From: Albugo candida
Taxonomy: Eukaryota
Length of the DNA stretch: 64,000 nucleotides
Assembly: GCA_040437565.1 (NCBI GenBank)
Contig: JBDOQK010000025.1
Coordinates: 124,001-188,000 of the forward strand
Direction: 5' to 3'
Shown here: positions 9,620 to 20,836 of the stretch, one piece after another
Numbering within the stretch: position 1 is the first letter of the stretch
How the letters are laid out: the number at the start of each line of letters is the position of its first letter
Notes under the pieces: generated by a model
Told to the model about the DNA's origin: nothing
Database searches by the model: none
Seen by the model: the letters and a program-made list of their open reading frames with translations, nothing else
Made by a program: the position numbers and the translations under genes

Positions 9620-12600
9620 GATGAACTCACTGGATAGATGAGTCGTCAGTGCAGGAAGCTGTAATTACACCGCTTCTCAAGACCGGATGATCCGACTGTC
9701 AGGAAGGGACATGTATTGATCCACAGGCATAGACCGAATACCTTGTTCGACTTGCACATCTCCATTAGATCCCGTTTTACTGCGTGCCTCAGATGGACTT
9801 CCAAGTGTTCCTAGCACTATCTATTGGAATATCAGGTAAGCGGGTTTTATTGCATCGGTCAAGAAAGCTCAAGTGTGTCGAATAGATTGCCGCGTGTCTA
9901 TTTCTGTGGAAGATCAACGTGAACATCGATCAGATAATGTACCTTGCGAGTGTAACCAATATTTTTAGTAAGCACAAGTGTTATGCTCGAGGAAGCGAAG
10001 TTATTGCGGAGTATATGATAAATGCGCGTGTGGGAGAGTATACGATGCTTGAGGATGAAAAATTTGTGGGCCTGAAGTATTGTTGAGATTTGAGCATTTT
10101 GATTCGCAGGTCACACTGATATTCGTCAGGGCGGTATAAGTAATGGAAACCAGGAAGCACGATGGTGACACTTCCATTCTACCCTTCAGCTGTCTCGGTC
10201 GCATATGGCAACTTGTATGCGAACATTATAATTCAATCATGTTGGGGGTGTACGCTTTTTTTGTTAGTGGAGTAGAGCAAATAGGTGATATACCTCTTGC
10301 AACTTGTACGCGTACATCATTTCGTCTACGATCGAGTGAGTTGTTTATGTGCTACGTTTCCAGCGGTGGGTTAAATATGGGGAGTACGTGCAAACTGCAC
10401 CGTTGGCGTTTGTATACAAGGAGTATTTAATTGCTTTACTGGTTTTCGTCTGAGTGTATCAAAAAAAAGGAGCACGGAGAGCGTTTGATGGAAATTGGGC
10501 GCGTAATGTTGTTCTCAATGGACACTCGCAGAGCGGACTGTATTGTGCCGATTGATGGTGGACGACATCGAACTTCGAACACTGTATTCGCAACGACCGT
10601 GAGCTTCATACTGAAATGAGCCTTTTGATGGTGGAGCCTTGCTGTCTGGAGATTCCAGTAAGTAGAATTGAAAGGATGGTTTGCATCAACTTCATCCAGA
10701 AATTGTATGCCATACCTTTGGGTTATGCACACCAAACGAACAGGATCAGCAAAATTCTGAGTCTGAATGATGGAGTATCACAATTGGGATTCACCTAGCT
10801 ATGTTCCAATCGACGAAGATAGCAACTGTTTGTCAGAAATGAGCAAGCGAACAACTTGAGCGAGAGTGGCCGCTATCCGGTGCAATTGGAAAGGAGCAGT
10901 CACGAAATTGGTCACATGGCAGTCGTTTTCACGTACTAGACAGCGTTGACGGCTTTCAACGGACTGGAGAACAAACGCTTTTGTGATAGCAAACGTCAAC
11001 CTTGCAGACGCCATGGGGACTCATATTCAGTAGCGCTTATAATCCCTCACCCACAAAAGTTTGATGGACGCGGCATAAAAGCGACATGACGGCAGTATGA
11101 GAGAAACTTGAAATCCATTTTTGACGCGTGCCATAGCGGCAATACAACGAACTCTTTCTCAGCATGACAACTGGAATTAAGATCTGCCATCCAAAAAAGT
11201 ATTTAGCCGCTCATTCCTCTCGGTTATACTTGAACTCATTCATGTTGAATGCCCCTGCGCTTGCGAGTCCATCCTACATATCAATGTCCATTGAAGGGAG
11301 TGCAACGATACCGATACCAAATGGGAGGTACGAGCCATGATGGAACGCCCCTTTTCACAGAGAAATGCATTCGAAGATTGACTGTGCTCTACCGGAAAAG
11401 CATCCAACACATTTCATACTTTATCCCTATACAGCGCTGTCCGAAATAAACTTTTGGGATTGCACTTACACACGACCGCACGAAGCTAAATTTATAATGA
11501 GCAACGAATCGACTTTAATTGATGATCAAGTTTACGCAGAAAGATATCGCATACGCATATATGAGGAATGCTAGCGTTGTATGTATTACGGGACGCACGT
11601 GGAAATGGTGTGAAACAAAGAATACTTGCTACGAGCTCCAGCAGCTTTCACCGTAGCAGCGCGAAACATTGCTGAGAGTCTGTGATAGAAGAAACGAGAC
11701 AACTACAAACAGAAATCAACCATTTAGATTCAAGGCTTATATTGAACTGGGCACATTGTCTGCTACAGACTCAATCTATGCGAGGAGATCCATTACGGAA
11801 GTCTCTAGACACGGGGTTGGGCTACTTAACGCAAGAGGAAGAAGGCTGTAAGAAACTAGGAACTCATTACACGCACCAAATGCACCGCACCAAGAAATGG
11901 ATTCGTGTTATGTGAAAAGTTTGGTCAGCAGACGAAGAGAGGAATGTCTATCAGATGCATTGGCTTCCGCGAGAACAATTGGGAGTTTATATGCATTAGC
12001 TGACGTTGACGCTGATTCAGATCAGTGTTTTGCTATCGATCAGATTCAAGTTAATTATGACACAGCAGGATTGCTATAAAATTGTTCTCTAACACGATGC
12101 TCGCTGCTAAATAAAATTGTCACGAAATTACCACATGCGATATAAAATGTCGACAATCGGAGTAGACTTTGCTGGTATTTCAAATAACGTGACTCACATC
12201 AAATTAGGAAAGNNNNNNNNNNNNNNNNNNNNNNNNNNNNNNNNNNNNNNNNNNNNNNNNNNNNNNNNNNNNNNNNNNNNNNNNNNNNNNNNNNNNNNNN
12301 NNNNNNNNNNNNTTCAAATAACGTGACTCACATCAAATTAGGAAAGGCATTAGCGCTTTTGAATGTCATCTCTTTATAATTAGCAAGATGAACGATCATC
12401 AATACGAGTACGTCTCAGCACTGATTCAACACATTGGACTAGTCGATAGAACATCTCAAATACTCAACTCGCCACAATTGGTCATTTGATATAATTCGCG
12501 CTTATGTATGCGATGCTTGCGGTATCAACTTCAACACTGACTTTTTCTCGCTAAAACTTCTTTTACTGCGCGTATCATAAAAAGGCGGAACAAAAACTCA

Positions 12601-13198
12601 AATCTTGCTGAAAAGTTATCGCCTAAAGTGAGTGTTCAAGAATTGAGCACTGCGCAGCCGTGAAGGCGCTAAACGAGCACGCCGCAAGAATACTACACAT
12701 AGAAAATGCATTTGTGACCTTAATCGTTGAAGTTGAGATTTTCATGCAAATCCATATCCGAGATGTTTCAAGAAGGAACCTTTGGTGTATGTCAGTGAAC
12801 CGGGCGACATCATGCACTCGGGAACCCATTCATTTTGGGCGGTGGAAGGTGCGACCGGGTCATTGTATCATTGATGCGACATGTATACCTTCTCATGTCG
12901 AGATGGGCGATCGATTAAAAGCTGGATCCAAACCTACTCTTCTTAGTCCATTGCACTTAATCGCCTCAACATCGCCGGCAGCAAGACAATCAACTCGCAA
13001 GAATTATCGTTTCGTATAATTCGCAGTCTCGATACGCCGCCGACAGTCTATACATTGGGATACGACCGTCATGAAGAAAGAATTTGGCACTCCGAGCTTC
13101 GACCCAACCAGCGGCAGTACATGGAACTGAGTGAACGGCTAAAACCTGCATAATGTTTATATTTAACTGATATTAAGAAGACGCCTCTGGAGCTCGCG

Positions 13199-14471
13199 AT
13201 GCCGGAGTCTGATGCGACGCCATTGACGCATGAGCAGCTACAAAGTTGCCTAATGGCATTGGAAATACATCCTGTTACCTTGACACATGCTTATACCAAA
13301 GCCAATGTATCGTCACTCCATCTCTCAGATATCCAACTCCTCTCGAAATACCCAAATATAATGGTCAATTAATCGCATTTACCGCTGCTTTATCATAATG
13401 AGCTCGTCCGTAGCACGTTGATTGTTCTTGCAACCAGCTCAGCACTTTATCACCGCTCCAATTTATGAATTTTCTCGTTTCTGTGAACGCTTCGGAAAAC
13501 AAACTGACACAAGTATTAGGTATATATCTGAAGTTGTTTGAGATGACATAATGCACTGAAAGTGATCGATTGAGATTTCGACACTCCGCGCTGTACAGAA
13601 GAGAATGCATCGATAATCGGGAAGGATTGGTTCGGATCGACGCTCCAATACGCCAATTTGAAAGCGAATCATATTCAAAAAATTCGGAATTTGAGCCTTG
13701 CGTGTCCATTTCTAACGGAATTACACCTCTCCGACAACAAAATCATAGAAATTGACGGCATTGAAGGATTACGATATCTCCGTGTGTTGGATCTGTCATC
13801 CAATTGCTTGAAAATGCTGAAGGGATTAGCATCCACAGAATCGTCGCTTCCGGCGTTGGAGGACCTCAAGCTTGGTAATAATGCGATCGTATCAGTAGAA
13901 GAGCTTGCTTTCCTTCCTCGACTTTTGTACCTCGATTTGAGCCACAATAACGTTAGTGAATTGGTTCCTTTGCAGGCAAGTCGGTCAAATCTGGCGCTCT
14001 ATCTAAATATGACCAAAATGCTCATAGAAATGCTCCTCATTGAGGTGTTTGGATGTCTCTCATAACGCAATTGAAGACTTTAATGAGCTAAATAATTTGA
14101 TCCCACACGTACACTTTGAATCGCTCGATATCGATGCTAATCCATTGACTCAACAATATGGGTCGAAAGTAATCTATCGAGCGAGAATTCTCCGTCGACT
14201 GCAACAGCTCGCGATTTTAGATGGAGATCTTGTAACGTGTAAGGAAAAGGTAAAAGCAATGGTCATGCACGGGTCTGAATCAGCATCTCGACGACAAGTG
14301 TTCCAAATGTATCTCCCGCAACATTCTTTCATCGATGTTGTGTACGTATTATGTGCCATTGATCTGACTATATTTCAACATCTAATGCGTAGAGACGTAT
14401 TGGATTTCGAAGAAGATCACGCTTTAAAAGTACAAATTCCCGTGGATAATAAATCGATGTATGATGTGTAA
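13199..14471 (+). CDS. Leucine-rich repeat protein of SDS22-like class (LRGUK/LRRC23-like, possibly axonemal), multi-exon
   Basis: Spliced MPESDATPL...HAYTKANVSSLHLSDIQLLSKYPNIM|HVDCSCNQL...LHLSDNKI...LDLSSNCL...LDLSHNNV...LRRcap YRARILRRLQQLAILDG; includes GC-AG intron 13976-14027. Confidence 0.75.
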
Positions 14472-14977
14472 AGATTAAAATATTAAAATTGTTTGCTCAC
14501 GTGCGAGATACTGACATCAGGTAGTTGTCGTCAGCTTCCGCATCGTTAAATTTCGACGCTAATTAGACGCTACTGACGAGAATGAAAAATTAAGCCTTTT
14601 ATTTGTTTCAATCCATTGAGAAGGATCTTGCTTTCCTGTGTACATATGGAAAAGCTTATACATATACTACATCGTCTCTGCACCTGTTTGCATAGAGAGT
14701 CATTTCAGTCACTTTTGGTTCGCACGAAATCATCCGTCTGGCTTTTAGCTGCAAATTATCTGCGAATCATTGGTATTCTAATATCAAGATAATCTCATAC
14801 TCATCCTATCATCATTCTTCTTCTCTATCGCGATTCAGAATCGAACATCTGATTCCATCGGCTTGGACGAAAACGGTTCGAATTTCGTCTCCTTCTGCAG
14901 AAAGCCAAGTCATTCCGGATCTATTATCTGTTTTCTCATAAACTATTTAGGCTGGCGGTTGCTTGGATCATTGTAAG

Positions 14978-17026
14978 ATGCCATCTTCCTTCACAGCTAA
15001 AAAAGCATCATTTGGCCACCAAAAGTATGAAGTAAACCACCGCGTTACAGCGAGTACAAAACCATCCAACCTGTTCCAATTACCACATGTACAGAGTCTA
15101 TCAGAGGAGAATAAGGAAGCGATGATTGAATTTATTGACGCGTCGGTAACGGAAGCGCATAATCTATGCTTCGGTCAAGGAAAGGTACGGTGGTGTCCGT
15201 CTCGAAATCGATCTGGAATCACAACCTATCACGGTAAAGCTGATCCATCGTTACACATCGATATGGCGGTCAAGACGAATTGCACCATACTCGGATCATT
15301 TGACGAAGTTATGGATCTTCTCACAACCGAGTCTTCCGAGGATTTTACTTCGTTTGAGTCTGCGATCGATCCGTCCGTATTTCTGGATGGAATCATATTG
15401 AAAACACTCGTTCCGCGCACACCGGAAGGTCGTTTTATCTGCTTGAAATGGCACTGTACAAAATCACTTGCACCCTTAACGACTAAGCCTCGAGACTATA
15501 CGTATGTGGAGATTATGGATCATTTTACGGATCAAAATGGACGTAAATTTGGATTCCAATTATCAAAATCGATCGAAGCGGATGAGATCAAAAGCGATGA
15601 TGCCAGTCGACTCTTTTTACGCGGAAAAATTCTCTCGTTCCATATCTTTGTTCAGATTGATTCTAAAGCAACGGAACTACACTCTATGCTGATCCACAAT
15701 TACGCGGAGCGTCAGCCCGCATGGCTTATCAACAAAATAGAAGAACAAACTTCGTTTCGTGTTGCCAAACTTCGCGATCATCTGAATCACAAACGTATAA
15801 ACTTACTCCTTTCATCGATAAGTCAACGCAACAGCATGGGGAAGCAAATCTGCTGTTCCATATGCACCAAAACGTTCTCATTTGTACGGAGTAAATATGT
15901 GTGTGCGGCATGTGGTCAACTCACATGCAATCAATGCAGCGCACATTCTTCTCTTATGAGATCGTTAAATGGTAAATCGAGACCGCGAATGTGTGGGAAA
16001 TGCAATGCGACATTACAATCCATTAGAGTTTTCAGAAATTCCAACGCATACGCTCAGAAGACAATGGCTCATGAGGTATGGTCGGCCAGGAAGGAAATGG
16101 AAGATGAGACCTTTATCAGTTTGCGATCCACTTGTACCACAGACACGTTGTCCATTGAGTCATCTGAGGGGAGAATGTCACGCAATCATTCAGCCAGATC
16201 CGCTCATCAATATCAGAATTACGGGCATTCTGATTCATCAGATGGAAAATCGATCGATAACGAGGTCGACTCTTTTTCGTTTCCGGATCCGATAAGTGAT
16301 GGGATAGCATCCACTCGGCAATCACGAGCAAACCATATATTCGATCTCGGAGTTGGCAAGTACAAAGCGCACGAAGTCAGCCCAGAAAAAAGTGGTTTAC
16401 TCGAGCGAGTTTCGAGTATCATTTTCCTCAAGACTTCATCCGAATCGATCAATATGGATACAAATGAATCGGTGGAAGGTGTGGGGCCTCAGCAACTTTC
16501 GCAAACCGAAAGAGCTGATTCTGGAGTGTTCAGTGAATCAATGGCGTTGGCTGATATGCAGATTCAATTAAATCGGATGACAGAGGTTTCTAGATCTCTC
16601 CACGCAATGTGCGTCAAAGACACGAGGAAATCGTATGGCTACGAGTCATTTGGCTTGCATGATCGAGATTGCCAAAGCTATCTACGCACGGATTCTGAGA
16701 TCATGTCAAATAATGCAGAAATGCACACTCGATCTCAGCCGTTGGATTCTCCGGAATGCTTTGTTTCTGATCCAGGCAGAGCCTCAGCCAAAACTTCCAC
16801 AAACGATTGGAGTGAGCCGACACAAGCGAATGGAGAGTTTTTATCGATGCTTCCAGACTCTGTCATTATGGATGCTCTATCAAATCAAATGGAGCAAGGA
16901 TGGAAAATCGTATTATCGCGAACGACCGGAAATTTGTATTATTACAACGAAAGAAGCGGTACGACATTATGGACCGAGCCACTTTTGGAAATAGAAGAGA
17001 ACGAGGTCAACTATATGATTTTGTAG
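14978..17026 (+). CDS. START-like + FYVE-like + WW domain protein
   Basis: START-like KWHC...PRDYTYVE; CSICTKTFS...CAACGQLTCNQCS...RMCGKC; C-terminal WW GWKIVLSRTTGNLYYYNERSGTTLWTEP; intronless; ATG 14978. Confidence 0.8.
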   Translation: MPSSFTAKKASFGHQKYEVNHRVTASTKPSNLFQLPHVQSLSEENKEAMIEFIDASVTEAHNLCFGQGKVRWCPSRNRSGITTYHGKADPSLHIDMAVKTNCTILGSFDEVMDLLTTESSEDFTSFESAIDPSVFLDGIILKTLVPRTPEGRFICLKWHCTKSLAPLTTKPRDYTYVEIMDHFTDQNGRKFGFQLSKSIEADEIKSDDASRLFLRGKILSFHIFVQIDSKATELHSMLIHNYAERQPAWLINKIEEQTSFRVAKLRDHLNHKRINLLLSSISQRNSMGKQICCSICTKTFSFVRSKYVCAACGQLTCNQCSAHSSLMRSLNGKSRPRMCGKCNATLQSIRVFRNSNAYAQKTMAHEVWSARKEMEDETFISLRSTCTTDTLSIESSEGRMSRNHSARSAHQYQNYGHSDSSDGKSIDNEVDSFSFPDPISDGIASTRQSRANHIFDLGVGKYKAHEVSPEKSGLLERVSSIIFLKTSSESINMDTNESVEGVGPQQLSQTERADSGVFSESMALADMQIQLNRMTEVSRSLHAMCVKDTRKSYGYESFGLHDRDCQSYLRTDSEIMSNNAEMHTRSQPLDSPECFVSDPGRASAKTSTNDWSEPTQANGEFLSMLPDSVIMDALSNQMEQGWKIVLSRTTGNLYYYNERSGTTLWTEPLLEIEENEVNYMIL

Positions 17027-17199
17027 GTAGCGAGATGGAGCATCCAGTGGTAGAGCGTCTATTATTTTTGATTACGATCCGTAATTATAAAGTGCACCTA
17101 AAAACAAGTTGTAAAATGCATCTGCGAATTGCTTTATTTCCAATTTGATTGGATAAGAATGGAAATGAGATTGTGTGATTGGCGGATTTATAAAAAACA

Positions 17200-18915
17200 A
17201 TGGTTCGCATCCTATTGAGCGGAGCTGTGAACAATGCGTGGGATGAGCTTTACACGCGTATCGAGAAGCTGAATGCGCTTTCAGAAAAGAAAAACAATGC
17301 GAAATTTGATATTCTCATATGTATTGGTAAAATTGGCCTTCTTCCCGAAGCTTACACGACAGGAAAAGCTCAAATACCGATCAAAACCTATTGTATTCCA
17401 GCGTATGAAGGCACATCCACTCTTTCTACCGTCGCCTCACATTCCCAAAACGAGGAAAGAGAACTACTTGAGGCTATTCCGAATTGGTTTCTCCTTTCCG
17501 AGCCTTTCGGGATCATAGAGGTACTTCAAAATCGCTCAAATTTTCATTCACACTCAAATCCCTACAGATCGAAAGCGTCAAAATCGCGTATGTGGCCGGT
17601 GTGTCAATGGAAGCGGCAAAACAGGACGAAATTTCATTTTCCGCAGAAACGGTTCGTCTATTTGACACACTCACAATCGAAATGTAAATGTTCGCTTTAG
17701 GTCAAAGAATTTCTCACAAAAGTCAAAAATGAAAAACTCGATTTTTTCTTCAGCGCTGAATTACCGAACGGCTATTCCAACTTCTCAAATACTCAAATAC
17801 CTCCCCAGCTGTCCGATTATCGTGGATCAACACTTCTTCGAGGAATCATGCAAGAAATACAGCCACGATATCACATTACCGCCGCGATCTATCGGCCTGA
17901 AGCTGTCGATCAATGTGCTTTTTATGAGCGTGTTCCTTATTTGACAATTTGTAAGGACACAAATGCGAGGCAGATCACACGTTTGATCAATCTCTGCAGC
18001 GTGAATGACACTGTAAAGGACAAAACCAAGAAATACTTACATGCTTTACACATTACTGATACGTCCAGCCAGGATGTACAAGCCACGCAAAGCCCCTACA
18101 TGAAGATGGCGAGAACAGCAGAGCATGACATGGAGCACGCACGCAAAGTGCAGAAAGTGAGTAATCGACATACAGCAGGTCCATCGCAATTTTTCTTCGA
18201 TACCAATGTCCCTCGAGGTCGTGGGCCTCCGATCAAAGAACGAACAGAGTGCTGGTTTTGCTTGGCGACACCCGAGCTCGAACGCCATTTGATTGTGAGT
18301 ATTGGCCAGGAAGCGTATCTGGCGTTGCCGAAAGGAGCGCTCAGTCACGATCATATTCTGATCATTCCAATAGTTCACGAGAAAAGCACAATTCAGCTAT
18401 CGCCAAGTTGCAAAGAAGAGATCGAGCGATTCAAAAGTCAATTGCGGCGAATGTTTGCATCCGAAGGGAAAGAAATGATCGTTTTTGATCGGAATGTGCA
18501 TTCCATTGGTGCCGCCCATTGCCACATGCAAGTGATTGGGATTCCGGGAGATCGATCTATACATTGTAGCGAGGTCTTTGAGACCGAAGGAGCAAGATAC
18601 AATATCACATTCGAAAAGCTAGCAGCAGAGCAAAACTTGACAGAAGCGGTGGAAAATCGACCATTTTTCTATGCTGAGATGCCGGCAATGGATCAGGAAG
18701 CTGACGATAGCGTGCGTCCTCGATGTCGACTGCTTCATATTGTAATAGGAAAACATTACATGCAGTTTGGTCGACATGTTGTGGCCACTCTGCTTGGATG
18801 CCCGAGACGCACCAACTGGAAATACTGTGTGGTCGACAAAGAAGAAGAAACGATACTCACTCAGCAATTTAAGAATCGTTGGAAACCATTCGATTTCACG
18901 ATAGAAGGACGCTAG
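17200..18915 (+). CDS. CWF19L1: CWF19-like protein 1 (Drn1/CwfJ), lariat-turnover-associated factor, 3 exons
   Basis: N-terminal pseudo-metallophosphoesterase (FDILICIG, IQPRYH) and CwfJ C-terminal CWFCLATPELERHLIVSIG...LALPKG...HILIIP...HCHMQVI...QFGR. Confidence 0.88.
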
Positions 18916-19005
18916 AGCCTGCCTATACAGTTGCAAATCGATCGCTGATTGTCTGTGTGATGTAACGATGAACTTGAATATTGATTCGATTGCCAAAGCC
19001 ATCAG

Positions 19006-20676
19006 TCAACAAGGCGAAACCTGAATGTCACCTTCGTCCTCACTGCGATCATCATCGTCTTCGTGCGGAGGAGATTCCAAATCGTATTCGAGATCGTTGA
19101 TATGCAATACATTGCTCGAAAGATCATCGATTTGCAGCTCACCTCCCGATGAATGCTCCTCATCTTCCTCGGATTCCTCGTCTTCGTGGCGAGGTCTAAA
19201 CCCCAAGCAAGTAATCACGCAGCATACCAAAAACAATAAAACTCCCATCTACACAGACGCATTATTGTAAGCTCAACATGCACGCAGCTATCGCGTACCA
19301 GCACAAGCCACGGTAAGATAATAAACAGCGTTGAAAAATGCTCACTTTGAAGCCGTGCTGACAGCAAAACGTACGGGGAAGCCAAAACTGAAATCCCAAC
19401 CAAAGGATAAATCACATCCGCTATGGAAACTGATGGGCTTTCTTTACTCGATGGAGAGTGGTCAGCCTCATTGGCGTTTTTCTTTTGTCGTGCTTCCAAA
19501 ATCGAGAGACGATATTTGAGCATTGGTTGAAAAATGTGATGTCCAATCACTGTCCATATGGGAATAAAGATGAGCCACCAGTTAATGCTTCCTAGATCTC
19601 CATCTAATTTGGCTGTGACCAGTAGCACTTGTATGATGCGTAGCAGTACAAACACCAAGCGACCACGAATTTTTCTCAAAAGCCCAGCTCGTTGTTGCTG
19701 AATGAGATCCATCGCTTGTACGCCATCTATTTCACATTGCTCCTGAAGCATTGATAGCTCATTGTATCCGTCAATTGCGATTTCAAACCATGTCAATAGA
19801 TCAAAAATAAAGTATGGAAGCATAATCTCTCGCACTTTCCAGCCTAAATCATGGTCCAGCCGTAGTGCGATGAAGATTTGCACCACAATTAACAGAAACC
19901 ATTTCACAAATCTGTAAAATTGAAAGCAAGCCGATCGCATATTTCGGTCTTTGGGATCCATTTTGCGTGCTGAGGAATATAAAGCGCATCCAAAACACGA
20001 AACAATAACCACATTCAAAATCCATAACGGGAGAAATACAATGAGCCAGTTCCAAGTGATCGTTTTGTCCACGCGCAAGCACACAATCACTACAGGAAAA
20101 AGTGTGACATTCGGTCATTTTGAAGTCATTGAGAGCTTGCCTGGGATGCTTAAAAGGAAAAAGACCGCTAATGTGACCACCAAAATGACAAAACATTTTC
20201 CCTTCATTCCAATGGCTCCAAGTGTGCCGAATAACGCGCCAACCAACTCCTACATGACATTGAGTGAGCGTCAGCTTTACACAAAATTTGGTACATACAT
20301 CAGGACTCAGGGACCCAAACTCTTCCACGAGCTTGATACCGTCTTCTCCAGCTCTACATTCGAGGTTAATGTCACGTTGGAGGATCCAATTGCATGGTTT
20401 ACTTGTCATAAATCTGCCGCTTTCGTTTATCGGATAAGACATCGTACGCTTGTTTCATTTTAGTAAACTAGAGATACACAGAGCATCAGAATCGGATGGA
20501 GTACGATAAGGGTTTAGTAGTACTTCATCTTGTGCCTCCCGCGAGTTTCCCCGCTTGTCTGGATGTAATTCCAGCGCTCTTTTGCGATACGCTTTTCTCA
20601 GTAATTCAGGCGTTGTATCGATTGAAACACCGAGTGTATCATAGTAAGTAGGGTCGCGAACGCGTTTTACAGCCAT
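19006..20676 (-). CDS. DnaJ-domain multipass membrane protein with TMEM185/Fragile-X-F-like TM region
   Basis: J domain YYDTLGVS...AYRKRALELHPDK; repeated TM motifs LRVDKTITWNWLIVFLPLW and KLDGDLGSINWWLIFIPIW; acidic C-terminus. Confidence 0.75.
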
Positions 20677-20836
20677 CAAGGTACTTTTCTCTCGTTCTTT
20701 AGCGTATCGCGCAGAAGAACCGCGCGATTTCTGACTAGCTTTAGGGAGTCAGGAAATTCAGCGGCACACTATGAAGGGGTCCCAATGTGATGTGTGCACG
20801 TATATTTTCCTCAGTCACACTACTACGTCTTGTACA

